Under the pieces are notes generated by a model. It ran no database searches, had not been told where the DNA came from, and was given only the letters and a program-made list of their open reading frames with translations. Positions 1 through 9,120 of a stretch of 64,000 nt of DNA are shown in pieces. Origin of the DNA: a virus. Position 1 is the first letter of the stretch, and each line of letters begins with the position of its first letter. The position numbers and the translations under genes are program-made. The stretch spans positions 1-64,000 of the IMG/VR virus record IMGVR_UViG_3300048586_000548; one strand, written 5' to 3'.

Positions 1-29
1 CGCCACTCGGCCTTCCCTCTCACATTGAG

Positions 30-311
30 TTGACCATGCAATTGAGTCGCGCACATGTCCGTGCGGTGCTTCGGCTGTCCAAGATCAACTGGATCCACGT
101 CGGCCCTCGCCGTGCGGAGCGGATCACGACCCAGTGCGAGCACTTGCTGCGGCGCGTGCCGCGTGTGACATCCGTGGCGGGCGTGCAGGCGCCGCGTCGC
201 GTGCTGGCCCACTACACCCGGGCCTTGCGATCGATCATGGACCAACTGGGCATGCCGGTCCCACTGGACGCCCCGCGTGGGCTGCCGCGCGCCATGCGCG
301 GGGGGCGGTAA
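30..311 (+). CDS. hypothetical protein
   Basis: ORF whose TAA overlaps the next ATG (TAATG at 309-313); start uncertain. Confidence 0.55.
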   Translation: MTMQLSRAHVRAVLRLSKINWIHVGPRRAERITTQCEHLLRRVPRVTSVAGVQAPRRVLAHYTRALRSIMDQLGMPVPLDAPRGLPRAMRGGR

Positions 312-529
312 TGGCGGAGTTCACGCTCCTCGAGTACCAGCTGCAGCGCGGCCCCCTGGCAGGCGTGCGGGGCACGTGCGCGGCGGGCTGTACGGAGTAC
401 GGCACGCGCCTGCTCGCCCCGCCCACCATGCTGGTCCTCCCCGGCGCGAGTGGGGGCTGGTACCAGCTCGTCGGCATCGTGGACGGGGAGCTCCACTACG
501 CCTGGCAGGAAAGCACTGGGCTCGAGTGA
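311..529 (+). CDS. hypothetical protein (MAEFTLLEYQ...)
   Basis: ATG coupled to the upstream stop; C-terminal part of track ORF 134..529. Confidence 0.55.
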   Translation: MAEFTLLEYQLQRGPLAGVRGTCAAGCTEYGTRLLAPPTMLVLPGASGGWYQLVGIVDGELHYAWQESTGLE

Positions 530-702
530 CCAGCGTCTACGTCTGGGCGGATCTGCTGGGCGGGTGCGCCGACGGGGACGTTCTGCTCGTCGATGTCTGC
601 GACCCGCCGCCGCACTGCATGCGGCGTACCCGCCTCGGGACGACGCAGCAGTACGTGCTGCACGATCACCCCCGCTGGGGGCTGTGCTACGTGCCGATGT
701 AA
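526..702 (+). CDS. small hypothetical protein (MTSVYVWADL...)
   Basis: GTGA overlap with the previous gene; ends TAA. Confidence 0.5.
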   Translation: MTSVYVWADLLGGCADGDVLLVDVCDPPPHCMRRTRLGTTQQYVLHDHPRWGLCYVPM

Positions 703-723
703 GGTCTGTGCGCGCTCCTGAAA
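699..723 (+). promoter_or_regulatory. near-consensus GTAAGGT...GAA promoter-like motif
   Basis: GTAAGGT at 699-705, GAA at 720-722 (1 nt closer than consensus), upstream of the phosphoesterase. Confidence 0.45.
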
Positions 724-751
724 TGACACCTGTACACCACTGGGAGCCGCT

Positions 752-1258
752 ATGCACGTGTTTGTCACCTCCGATTCGCACTTCGGGCAGGCGGGAATGC
801 TCGAGTTTCTACGCCCAGACGGGTCGCGACTGCGGCCGTTTGCGTCGGTCGAAGAGCACGACGACCACCTGGTCGCGGCCTGGAACGCCCGGGTGCAGCC
901 CACGGATAAGGTCTATCACCTGGGCGACGTGGCCATGCACCATCGCGCGATCGCGACGATCGGCCGATGCAACGGACGGAAGGTGCTGATCAAGGGCAAC
1001 CACGACACGCACCGGTTGACCAAGTACCTGCCCTGGTTCTACGACGTGCGAGCGTATCACGTCCTCGACAAACTGGTGCTGAGCCACGTACCGATTCACC
1101 CCGAATCGTTGGGGCGCTTCCGCGGCAACGTGCACGGGCATTTGCATGCCCAGCAGTTGGCGGATCCCCGGTACCAGAACGTGTGCGTTGAGCACACCCA
1201 CTGGGCGCCGCTCGAATTGAGCGAAGTCCAGCAGTTGTTCCGGAGCCCCACGTCATGA
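752..1258 (+). CDS. calcineurin-like metallophosphoesterase, phage type
   Basis: Motifs SDSHFG, HLGDV, KGNHD, LSHVP, HGHLH. Confidence 0.9.
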   Translation: MHVFVTSDSHFGQAGMLEFLRPDGSRLRPFASVEEHDDHLVAAWNARVQPTDKVYHLGDVAMHHRAIATIGRCNGRKVLIKGNHDTHRLTKYLPWFYDVRAYHVLDKLVLSHVPIHPESLGRFRGNVHGHLHAQQLADPRYQNVCVEHTHWAPLELSEVQQLFRSPTS

Positions 1259-1497
1259 CGTGGGGCATCGACGGACCGAACACTCACGCGGTGCCACACG
1301 GCTTCGCCGCTAGTGGTCTTCGGTACGTGTGTCGCATGGTCCGGCATGCGACGGCACCTGGAGTGAGGGCACGGCTTGCCGTCCCGCGCTCTGACGTGCG
1401 CGCGGGACGCCAAGCCTCGCTGCCCTTGGCGTGATCGAGTGCTCACACACTTCCGTGTGACCCTCCCGTGGCTGGTCAGTGAACCCTTCTGAAGGAG

Positions 1498-1989
1498 TTG
1501 TATATGCAGTCGAACGACATCGTGATGGTCAACGTCACCGGGACCAACGGCACCACCCGGCACCAGAAGACCATCTCCCGCCGGTTCAACGGTGCGGGCC
1601 TCCCGCTGAACGACGACGGCAAGCCCGTCGGCGACAGCGCCGAGGTGCTCCGCAACCTGCCGAGCGGCACGGCGACCAAGGCCCCGGACTTCCCGACGGC
1701 CAAGTTCCTCGAGGCGCAGGGCAAGGGCGCCGAGGGCGCGGCGGAGATCAAGGCGATCCAGATCGCCTACGCCCAGCAGTTCAGCGACTGGGAGAAGTCC
1801 CAGGGCGGCGGGTCGGAGAACCTGCAGGTGGCGAAGTCGGTCCTCGAGTACGCGAAGGAGTTCCACGCGTTCCAGGAGACCGATGGTGACCACTTCGTGA
1901 TGAAGCTGGACAACCTCGACGTGGTCACCACCACGCTCAGCGACGGGCGTACGCTGTACACCGTCACCGGCACGGCTGTCTTCGGCTGA
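1498..1989 (+). CDS. hypothetical protein, probably highly expressed
   Basis: GAAGGAG SD; very strong C/G third-position codon bias; start may be ATG 1504. Confidence 0.8.
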   Translation: MYMQSNDIVMVNVTGTNGTTRHQKTISRRFNGAGLPLNDDGKPVGDSAEVLRNLPSGTATKAPDFPTAKFLEAQGKGAEGAAEIKAIQIAYAQQFSDWEKSQGGGSENLQVAKSVLEYAKEFHAFQETDGDHFVMKLDNLDVVTTTLSDGRTLYTVTGTAVFG

Positions 1990-2094
1990 GCCTGTACACC
2001 GGTCTCTGGGGGTTCCCGGGGGCCGTTCGGTTGGGGCATCCGCTGCGTAGCGGAGGGTGTCCCAACCACCCACCTTTTGACCGCAGGAGACCAG

Positions 2095-2409
2095 GTGACG
2101 TTTCTGAATGCGATACACAACGCGCTCGGCACTGGACTGCGGCTGTACGTGGCAGAGTCCTACGCTCCCGAACCGCACAAGCCCGAGATGGACTGGCTGC
2201 AGAACTACGTGCTGCTGGTGGCCCCCGACATCGAGGCGGCCGCCGAGCTCGCCCGGGCCGAAGCGTCCCGCCCTGGCAGCACGCTGCAGAACGAGCCCCA
2301 CGAGCCTGCGGTGACGCAGATCTGGGTCCGCGACTTTGGCGCGCCTGCGGCGGCGGGGCTGCTTCGCGATCGTGGAACGCTGCTGGTGTGGGCCGTAGAC
2401 GATGCTTGA
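2095..2409 (+). CDS. hypothetical protein with N-terminal helix tag (MTFLNAIHNALG)
   Basis: AGGAGA SD at 2085-2090 before GTG 2095; overlaps the next gene. Confidence 0.75.
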   Translation: MTFLNAIHNALGTGLRLYVAESYAPEPHKPEMDWLQNYVLLVAPDIEAAAELARAEASRPGSTLQNEPHEPAVTQIWVRDFGAPAAAGLLRDRGTLLVWAVDDA

Positions 2410-2752
2410 CGAACTCTACGCTACGCTGGGGCTCGCTGCCCCACCGCGCGACCTGCTGGTGTTCCGCTGGAAGGGTGAGGCGCTCGAGCAGGACTGGTGC
2501 GACTACACCCTGGAACCCGGGGAGCGGCCTAGTGCCCGGGCGGACAGGACGCTGATGGCCGAAATGTTCTATCCGGTCGGGGACGGGTGGTTCGCTCCGG
2601 TGCAACGCCACCCACCGCGAGACCAGTGGAAGATCCGGTACGGCTGCGCGCATCCGCGCGACCACCTCAATCAACAGACGATGGAGTGGACCGTGCGCTC
2701 GGTGTCGCTGCCCGAGTGGGTCCTGGACTGGGACGGCGAGCATGCTGGCTGA
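2402..2752 (+). CDS. ELYAxLG family protein 1
   Basis: Begins MLDELYATLGL; overlapping operon; similar to the next two ORFs. Confidence 0.8.
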   Translation: MLDELYATLGLAAPPRDLLVFRWKGEALEQDWCDYTLEPGERPSARADRTLMAEMFYPVGDGWFAPVQRHPPRDQWKIRYGCAHPRDHLNQQTMEWTVRSVSLPEWVLDWDGEHAG

Positions 2753-3170
2753 ACTGTATGCGGCACTGGGCTTGCCCGTCGCCGCGCCGACGGACGTGTT
2801 GGCGTTCCGCGCGCTCGAGTCGGGCTACAAGCACCCGCGTTGCCTTCAGGCCGACACCCGGCCGATCGACGTTCCGGCGCTCGACGGCGGAGAATACTTC
2901 GTTCCGATCGGCGAGGGGTGGTACATCATTGTGGTCGCCCATGCGCTGGTGGTCCCGCGCGACGCCGGAGTGCCGCTGGAGAACGGGTGGCTCGTGCGGT
3001 ACGCGGCAGACTACCCGTCGTCCGGGATGAACAACTACCTCTACGAGTGGGCGGCGCGTTCCGTGGTGTTGCCGGACGGCGTGCAGGTCCTGCCCACCTA
3101 CTGTCTCGACGCGCCTGAGCCCTACGACGACGACGACGACTACGACGAGGATCTCTACGATGATGACTGA
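2742..3170 (+). CDS. ELYAxLG family protein 2
   Basis: Begins MLAELYAALGL; acidic C-terminal tail. Confidence 0.8.
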   Translation: MLAELYAALGLPVAAPTDVLAFRALESGYKHPRCLQADTRPIDVPALDGGEYFVPIGEGWYIIVVAHALVVPRDAGVPLENGWLVRYAADYPSSGMNNYLYEWAARSVVLPDGVQVLPTYCLDAPEPYDDDDDYDEDLYDDD

Positions 3171-3510
3171 GCTCTATGCGGCGCTGGGGCTGACGGCACG
3201 ATGCTGCCGCGCGCTGTGCTTTCAGTGGGATCTGGACCTGATGGAAAGCTGGACGCGGGACCGCATCTTGGGTACCGCCGACAGTCCCCCGGTTGCTGAT
3301 CGCCGCAACCGCGAGCACTACCTGCTCCTGGACGACGGGTGGCACATGGTGGTGCAATACGTCGACGGGCAATGGACGCCAAAGTTCGCGCCGACGAAAA
3401 ACACGTCGACCCTCAACAAAGAGCTCTTTCAGCAGTGGACCGTGCGCACCATCCTGGCGCCTGCGGGGCTGCACGTTCCCGACGAGCACTGGAGTACCGC
3501 ATGTCCCTGA
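3160..3510 (+). CDS. ELYAxLG family protein 3
   Basis: Begins MMTELYAALGL; shares GW and W-x-x-R-[ST] motifs with its paralogs. Confidence 0.8.
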   Translation: MMTELYAALGLTARCCRALCFQWDLDLMESWTRDRILGTADSPPVADRRNREHYLLLDDGWHMVVQYVDGQWTPKFAPTKNTSTLNKELFQQWTVRTILAPAGLHVPDEHWSTACP

Positions 3511-3878
3511 ACGATGACATTACCAAGATCCTGGTCCCGAACGCCCCGGCACCGCTACCACCGGGCTGGGCCCCGCCACGCCCGCACGGACGCTACCGTA
3601 TCCGGCTGGACGTGCAGTTCAGCGGCAGCGTGGAACAGGTCGTGGAAGTCACGACCGCGGACCCCAGCGCCCTCGGGTTCTACGAGCTCGCCGAGCTGCT
3701 CGACGTGGCTGCGTTGTCTGCGGAAGATGTGCTCGCCGAGGCGAAGGAGACGGCGGAAGTCGCGGATTACAACTACGACGACGACGCCGAGAACCAGGAC
3801 GAACTCGACGCGTGGGACAAGCAGTTCGCGGACACGCATGATCCGGAGAGCGGTCTGCCGCTCGACGACGACGACTGA
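3501..3878 (+). CDS. acidic hypothetical protein with N-terminal helix tag and Pro-rich linker
   Basis: GGAG SD, MSLNDDITKILVP, overlaps the upstream gene. Confidence 0.75.
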   Translation: MSLNDDITKILVPNAPAPLPPGWAPPRPHGRYRIRLDVQFSGSVEQVVEVTTADPSALGFYELAELLDVAALSAEDVLAEAKETAEVADYNYDDDAENQDELDAWDKQFADTHDPESGLPLDDDD

Positions 3879-3914
3879 CCTTTCCTCTTTTACCCTGTGC
3901 TGGGAGTGCAACGC

Positions 3915-5423
3915 ATGACTGCTCGGTGGATGTACCTGTCGGACCTGGCCCCGCAGGCCAACATCATGAACCTCGAGACCGGGGAGCTACGGTCGATCAA
4001 CAGCGCCGCGGTCAAGGACCGCGCGCCGATCGGGCTCCGCCGGTACGTGCTCGAAGAATCGTCGGGCGGGTCGTACCGGGAGACCGGGGAGTGTATGCCG
4101 ATGACCGAGGAGCTCTTCGCGGAGCTCGAGGACAACATGCGGCTGCCCAACAACTGGAACTACGACTGGCCGCATCTCCAGGTGGAGATCGAGGGTGACG
4201 GCGCGGACCATCCGATCCGCCTGGCGATCCTCGAGCGCCTCAACCGCGAGATGGCCGACCACCCGTACACCTTCCAGGTGACCGGGCTGCAGCGGCGGTA
4301 CTTGATGTACTTCTCCGACGGCAACTACCAGTCGCAGCAGGCGTTCGAGCGGTACGTGCCGCGTCCGGACAGCTCGCCCTTCCGGCGGGACGGCTCGCTG
4401 CGCAAGAAGTACAACTGGATCTGGAACTCGAACATGCGGGACGCCAAGGTGCCGGTGCCCCAGACCGAGTCGAAGCTCTACGGCAACCTCGCGCCGTGCC
4501 TCTACACCGGTCCGGCGTGGGTCGTGCGGTTCCAGCTCGACGGCCAGGACCCGCTGCTCGAGCGGTGCCGCGTGTACGTCACCGACGAGGGCGAGTTCAT
4601 CTGCTCCGACTGGTGCCAGCGGCACGACCAGACCAGCTACGGCGACGGCATCAACCTGCAGCGCGGGATCTACAGTTTCGGCGCCTGGGTGACCGGCCCG
4701 TGCGTGACCTTCGCGTCGGGACGAGGCGGGTTCAAGCCCACCAGCACGACCTTCACGCGTACCGCGGTCAAGGACCTGATCAAGCAGCACGGGCTGCTCC
4801 GGCCGCCGCGCGCCTTCGATGACGTCTTCGCGCAGGCCCAGAAGACCGTGGCGAGCTTCGAGTCGGTGGTCCCGGCCGGTGCGCCGAAGCTGGCGCACGA
4901 CGCCGGAGACATCACGGCGGCGGCGGTGGCCGAGGCGGAAGCTGTGGCCGATGCCCGCCTGGCCGAGGTGGGGGAGACGCTGAAGCTCCCCGAGGGCGTG
5001 GTGCCGCAGTCGCTGCGCTCGGCGGGCCTGAGCCTGTCCAACTACGCGTACTTCGAGGTCGACCTGCCGAGCCACAAGTCTGGCCTGGCCTCGACGCACA
5101 AGCGCGGGGTCGTGGGCCTGAAGCTGAACCTCGACGGCTCGGTGACGGCGGCCCTGGTGAGCAACAAGTTCGGTCTGCCCCAGGAGGCGTACGAAGCGCT
5201 GCGGGTGGCCAGCGCGAACGTTGTCCACGGCGCGTTCGCCGTCAATGCGGACTTCGTGCCGGGCGTCCCGGCCACGAACGCCTGCCCGGAGTTCTGGTAC
5301 CTCGGAGACAGCGAGAAGCCGACCAAGGCGGTTGGCGTCGAGGCGCTGAAGCCGTGGTGGCTGTACGACGCGGCGGTCTACTACCGGGACGCCGTGAGCG
5401 TCCCGGCGGAGCTCGTCGGGTGA
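3915..5423 (+). CDS. large hypothetical protein (~502 aa)
   Basis: GGAG SD before ATG 3915; strong codon bias; no motif recognised. Confidence 0.85.
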   Translation: MTARWMYLSDLAPQANIMNLETGELRSINSAAVKDRAPIGLRRYVLEESSGGSYRETGECMPMTEELFAELEDNMRLPNNWNYDWPHLQVEIEGDGADHPIRLAILERLNREMADHPYTFQVTGLQRRYLMYFSDGNYQSQQAFERYVPRPDSSPFRRDGSLRKKYNWIWNSNMRDAKVPVPQTESKLYGNLAPCLYTGPAWVVRFQLDGQDPLLERCRVYVTDEGEFICSDWCQRHDQTSYGDGINLQRGIYSFGAWVTGPCVTFASGRGGFKPTSTTFTRTAVKDLIKQHGLLRPPRAFDDVFAQAQKTVASFESVVPAGAPKLAHDAGDITAAAVAEAEAVADARLAEVGETLKLPEGVVPQSLRSAGLSLSNYAYFEVDLPSHKSGLASTHKRGVVGLKLNLDGSVTAALVSNKFGLPQEAYEALRVASANVVHGAFAVNADFVPGVPATNACPEFWYLGDSEKPTKAVGVEALKPWWLYDAAVYYRDAVSVPAELVG

Positions 5424-5839
5424 TGTTGTTCACCGGCACCCTCGACCGCACGATCATGGAGCACTACCCGTACGCGGCGCAGCACGCCGCGACGGGGGAG
5501 GACTTCGAGTACGGGCGCACGAAAGCCATCTCCCCCGCGCCCGTGGTCATCCGGCGGGTGTCGCTGTCGGAACGCTACGAGTGGTACCGGTGCACGCGCA
5601 TGACGAGCGCGGGGGAGCCCCGGGAGGACGCCGTGATCGCCTTCGAGCCCGCCACCGGCGCTTACTGGTTCTGCGGGGGCACCTCCTCCGTACCGCACAT
5701 TCCGTACACCGACCCCCGCCCGCGCAAGGAACCGCTGCGCGCGGGCTGGTGGGCCTCGATGTGCGTGGCCTGGCTGGAACAGCAACGGACCCAACCCCGA
5801 GACCTGGTCGGCGCGCTGCGCGCCGTCCTGCACGGATAA
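5423..5839 (+). CDS. hypothetical protein with C-terminal helix tag, paralog of 5850
   Basis: TGATG coupling; YWFCGG...WWA motif; ends PRDLVGALRAVLHG. Confidence 0.8.
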   Translation: MLFTGTLDRTIMEHYPYAAQHAATGEDFEYGRTKAISPAPVVIRRVSLSERYEWYRCTRMTSAGEPREDAVIAFEPATGAYWFCGGTSSVPHIPYTDPRPRKEPLRAGWWASMCVAWLEQQRTQPRDLVGALRAVLHG

Positions 5840-5849
5840 GGAGCAGTCG

Positions 5850-6305
5850 ATGTGGACCGTCAACCTGACCGCGGACGACATTCACGACTTCCCGCTCGCG
5901 GCGCACCACGCATACATGCGGGCGACGTGGCCTGGAGTCTACGAGGACGACGACTCCCTGCCCGAGCTGGACGAAGAATTGGCCTCGCACACGATTCGTG
6001 TGCTCCAGGTGGGGACTACGGGGGACTACACGCTGTACGCGCTGGGCGAGCCGGACGACGAGTACTCGTACGGCACCGGGATCACCTGGGACCGCAAGCA
6101 CGGCGTGTTCTGGTACTGCGGCGGCATTGACTGCTCCTCACCGTGGTCCGACCAAGAACTGGCGGACTACGTGGCACAGAACGCGGACGAACTGCTCGAC
6201 CCGACCTGGTGGGCCGCGCTCGTCGCCGGATGGCTGCACCGGACCCACTGCGCGCCCAAGCCGACGGATCTGCTGTCGGCGTTGAACCAACTTCTTCATT
6301 CTTGA
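5850..6305 (+). CDS. hypothetical protein with C-terminal helix tag, paralog of 5423
   Basis: AAGGAG SD; FWYCGG...WWA motif; ends PTDLLSALNQLLHS. Confidence 0.8.
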   Translation: MWTVNLTADDIHDFPLAAHHAYMRATWPGVYEDDDSLPELDEELASHTIRVLQVGTTGDYTLYALGEPDDEYSYGTGITWDRKHGVFWYCGGIDCSSPWSDQELADYVAQNADELLDPTWWAALVAGWLHRTHCAPKPTDLLSALNQLLHS

Positions 6306-6320
6306 CCCCAAGGAACTCTC

Positions 6321-7010
6321 ATGCAACTCGCACTCGTCGGCTGTGGTTTCGTCGGCTCCGTGTTCACGACCGAAATGCTGAAGCGCTGTTTCGCGGGCAA
6401 AATTCCCCTCGACTTCCACTTCATCGATGACGACACCGTGGAAGCGCGGAACTGCGCCAATCAGAACTTCTCCCAGGCGAACATTGGGCAGCCGAAGGCC
6501 CAGGTGATGCAAGGGTTGGCGCTCGACGCCGACCGAGCGGCCACGTACGTTGCGACGCGGCTGACGCCGGAGAACATCGACGCTCTATTGGGCGACGCCA
6601 CGCTCATCGTCGACGGGGTGGACAACCTCGCCACCCGCCAGCTGTTGTGGGGATACGGCATGCGCACGGGCACCCCGGTGCTGCACATCGGCATCACCGA
6701 GCAGGGCACCGGCAAGGTCGAGTGGACCCATCCGGCGCACCAGACCTTTTCGCTCCGCCCTGAACACACGGCGGGCAAGGACATCCCGGACCCGGCCAGC
6801 GGGGTGACCCCGCCGTGCGAGCTCGCTCGGATGCGCGGCGTGGGCCTGAACGCGGGCTTCGCGGCGGCGTGCGCCGCGGCGATCTACTTCGGGTTCGATC
6901 CCGAGAGCCACTTGAAGGGCGACACCTCGCCCGGGTGGTTGACCGAATGGCACGCCAGCCCGATGGGCTTCCTGCCGCAGACCGAAACCTGGGGGAACGT
7001 GCATGTCTGA
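6321..7010 (+). CDS. ThiF/MoeB/E1-like adenylyltransferase
   Basis: GCGFVGS nucleotide-binding loop, DDDTVEARNCANQ, IGQPKA, IVDGVDNLATR. Confidence 0.85.
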   Translation: MQLALVGCGFVGSVFTTEMLKRCFAGKIPLDFHFIDDDTVEARNCANQNFSQANIGQPKAQVMQGLALDADRAATYVATRLTPENIDALLGDATLIVDGVDNLATRQLLWGYGMRTGTPVLHIGITEQGTGKVEWTHPAHQTFSLRPEHTAGKDIPDPASGVTPPCELARMRGVGLNAGFAAACAAAIYFGFDPESHLKGDTSPGWLTEWHASPMGFLPQTETWGNVHV

Positions 7011-8535
7011 CCTGTCCGCGGATATCAAGGGGCTGTTGTCGCCTGCCGCCAAGCCGCCCGCCTCGGCCGGAACCCCGCGCCGCTGGTGGGGCGACGGGCC
7101 GGACGACGAGGGATACTACACCCGGCAGATGTACGGGCACGGTGTGCAGCCGCACAAGCCCACGACGCCGTACCGGCCGCAGACCACGTACGGGTCCGCA
7201 GGCTACCAGAACAGCTACGCGCCGATGCGCGTGGCGGTGGTGCACGCCGACGAGCGGGACGACCGCTACACCATTCCCTACGAGGGACGCGCGTGGTTCG
7301 CCATTGCCTCGACGGTGTGGCCCACGGTCGACAACGTGATGCGCGTGCCGGTGGAGCACTGCCAGTTCACCTACGCGGATCCGCCGTTCAACGCGTGCGT
7401 GTTCACCGCCGCGAACGACTATCTGCAGGCCCGATGGGGCCGCAAGATGGACCACAGCGACCAGCGGTGGTTGGCCCTGCACCCGTACGCCACCGATGGC
7501 GGCGTGCCGCAGGAGTACACCGCCACGTGCGTGCACCAGCTGGTGGCCCCGTACGGCATGGTCGTGAGCCGTGTGCGCTTGCGCCGCGGAAGCTTGGTGC
7601 TGGGCGACTCGGTGATGGCGTGGTTGAACAGCCTGGGCTGCAACCCGTTCGCCATGGCGGACCGCAGCACGACCAACGCCGAGGCCGCCGCCAAGATGGG
7701 TATCACCCCGGCGGAAGCCGATGCGCTCTGGCGGGTGGAGTTCCATGACGATCCGCTGCCCGGCTCGATCATTGGCGAGCGCGGCTGGAGCAACCAGGCC
7801 AGCTCGTCCACTACGGGGAGTGTGGTCACCGGCAACTTCGGTGGGCATGCCCGGTACCTGGCCCCGCGGGGTCGGGCCGGGGACTGGTTCATCTCGGTGC
7901 AGCTCGCCCCGGACGACCGGGTGGAATACTTGGTGCCGCCGCCGGACCCGGCGTACGAGCCGCGCAAGGGCAACCCGACGCTGCTGTACGGCAGTGTCAC
8001 CGGACTGGACGGCCAGCCGATCGCCGTGAAGGACGGGACCAGCTGGCGCCGGGTGGGCGATGCGCCCGCCGCCGCGGCTGGGACGGCCAGCTTGCCCACG
8101 CTTCCGGACGTGCCGAAGAAGCCCGCCGCAAGCCACGGGCATTTGGTCACGTGCGGACTGTGCGCGGAAGACGTGAGCACCGCCGGGGTCCTGCGGGAAG
8201 CGGACGTGTGCTACGAGTGCGCGGAAGCGCTGTGGGACGGCATGGTCTGCCCCCACTGCAAGGTGAGCCTGAGGCGGCAGATCCCGTATCCGCTCACGTA
8301 CAGCATCACCGACCAAGGCCTGGTCGAGGACTACGAGTACAGCTGCAACGCCTGCCGGGAGACGATCGTGTTCCAGTCGTTGGACGCCACGCCCGAGCCG
8401 ACGGAGCACGACTTCATGCTTGAGCACTATCACGAGCTGGTGTTCAACCTCGAGCCGCTGACGGACGACAAGATTGATCAGATCGTCCAGGACGAGCAGG
8501 ACCAGCTCGAGTTCCCACCCACCGACCCGGCGTAA
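7003..8535 (+). CDS. hypothetical protein with N-terminal helix tag and C-terminal double Zn-ribbon
   Basis: MSDLSADIKGLLSP; CGLC, CYEC, CPHC, CNAC; overlaps the ThiF gene. Confidence 0.8.
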   Translation: MSDLSADIKGLLSPAAKPPASAGTPRRWWGDGPDDEGYYTRQMYGHGVQPHKPTTPYRPQTTYGSAGYQNSYAPMRVAVVHADERDDRYTIPYEGRAWFAIASTVWPTVDNVMRVPVEHCQFTYADPPFNACVFTAANDYLQARWGRKMDHSDQRWLALHPYATDGGVPQEYTATCVHQLVAPYGMVVSRVRLRRGSLVLGDSVMAWLNSLGCNPFAMADRSTTNAEAAAKMGITPAEADALWRVEFHDDPLPGSIIGERGWSNQASSSTTGSVVTGNFGGHARYLAPRGRAGDWFISVQLAPDDRVEYLVPPPDPAYEPRKGNPTLLYGSVTGLDGQPIAVKDGTSWRRVGDAPAAAAGTASLPTLPDVPKKPAASHGHLVTCGLCAEDVSTAGVLREADVCYECAEALWDGMVCPHCKVSLRRQIPYPLTYSITDQGLVEDYEYSCNACRETIVFQSLDATPEPTEHDFMLEHYHELVFNLEPLTDDKIDQIVQDEQDQLEFPPTDPA

Positions 8536-8552
8536 GCCGCTTCGCTGTCTAC

Positions 8553-8601
8553 GACGCCCTCCGGGGAGCGGCCTGCTGTGCGCCGCTCCCCGGGAGGCGT
8601 C
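8553..8601 (+). terminator. strong GC-rich hairpin (terminator or RNA stability element)
   Basis: GACGCCCTCCGGGGAGCGGC and GCCGCTCCCCGGGAGGCGTC arms, ~20 bp, followed by a T-rich tract. Confidence 0.6.
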
Positions 8602-8629
8602 TGTGGTTTTCATTCTTCCAAGGAACTCT

Positions 8630-9091
8630 ATGTCCACCGATACACTGTCGCGCTTCCAGGCGCTGTCTCCGGCTGCCCAGGAGCAGCTGCTCGCGCAGCT
8701 CACCGCGGCACCTGCCGCCCCCACCCCGGCCCCCGGCACGCGCTCGGCGGCGCCGGAGTCGTACTACGACATGGACGCTGCGGTGCCCGTGACGTTCAAG
8801 GCCAAGCTGTCCCCCAGCCCCAAGGCCCGGGACAAGTCGTACGCCGAGCGCTTCGATCACATCTGGGTCAAGGGCCACTACCAGGTGGTCGGCCCCAAGG
8901 GCGGCCAGTACTGCGTGGGCCGCGTGGTCCTCGGGGTGAAGAAGGGCCAGCAGGTCAAGGGTATCCTGCGGATCTCCAACGCCAAGTTCCTCGAACTGCA
9001 GGCAGGCGGCACCGTGGACGGCTGGATGCGCCCGGATGACAGCAAGGACTCGGTGTTGCTGGGTGAGTTGTCGGGCTATCAGGCCGTGTAA
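8630..9091 (+). CDS. hypothetical basic protein
   Basis: AAGGAA SD before ATG 8630; strong codon bias. Confidence 0.8.
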   Translation: MSTDTLSRFQALSPAAQEQLLAQLTAAPAAPTPAPGTRSAAPESYYDMDAAVPVTFKAKLSPSPKARDKSYAERFDHIWVKGHYQVVGPKGGQYCVGRVVLGVKKGQQVKGILRISNAKFLELQAGGTVDGWMRPDDSKDSVLLGELSGYQAV

Positions 9092-9112
9092 GGTCTCGAC
9101 CGCACGGTCGAA
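9088..9112 (+). promoter_or_regulatory. GTAAGGT-N14-CGAA promoter-like motif
   Basis: Exact match just upstream of thyX. Confidence 0.65.
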
Positions 9113-9120
9113 CACCCAAC

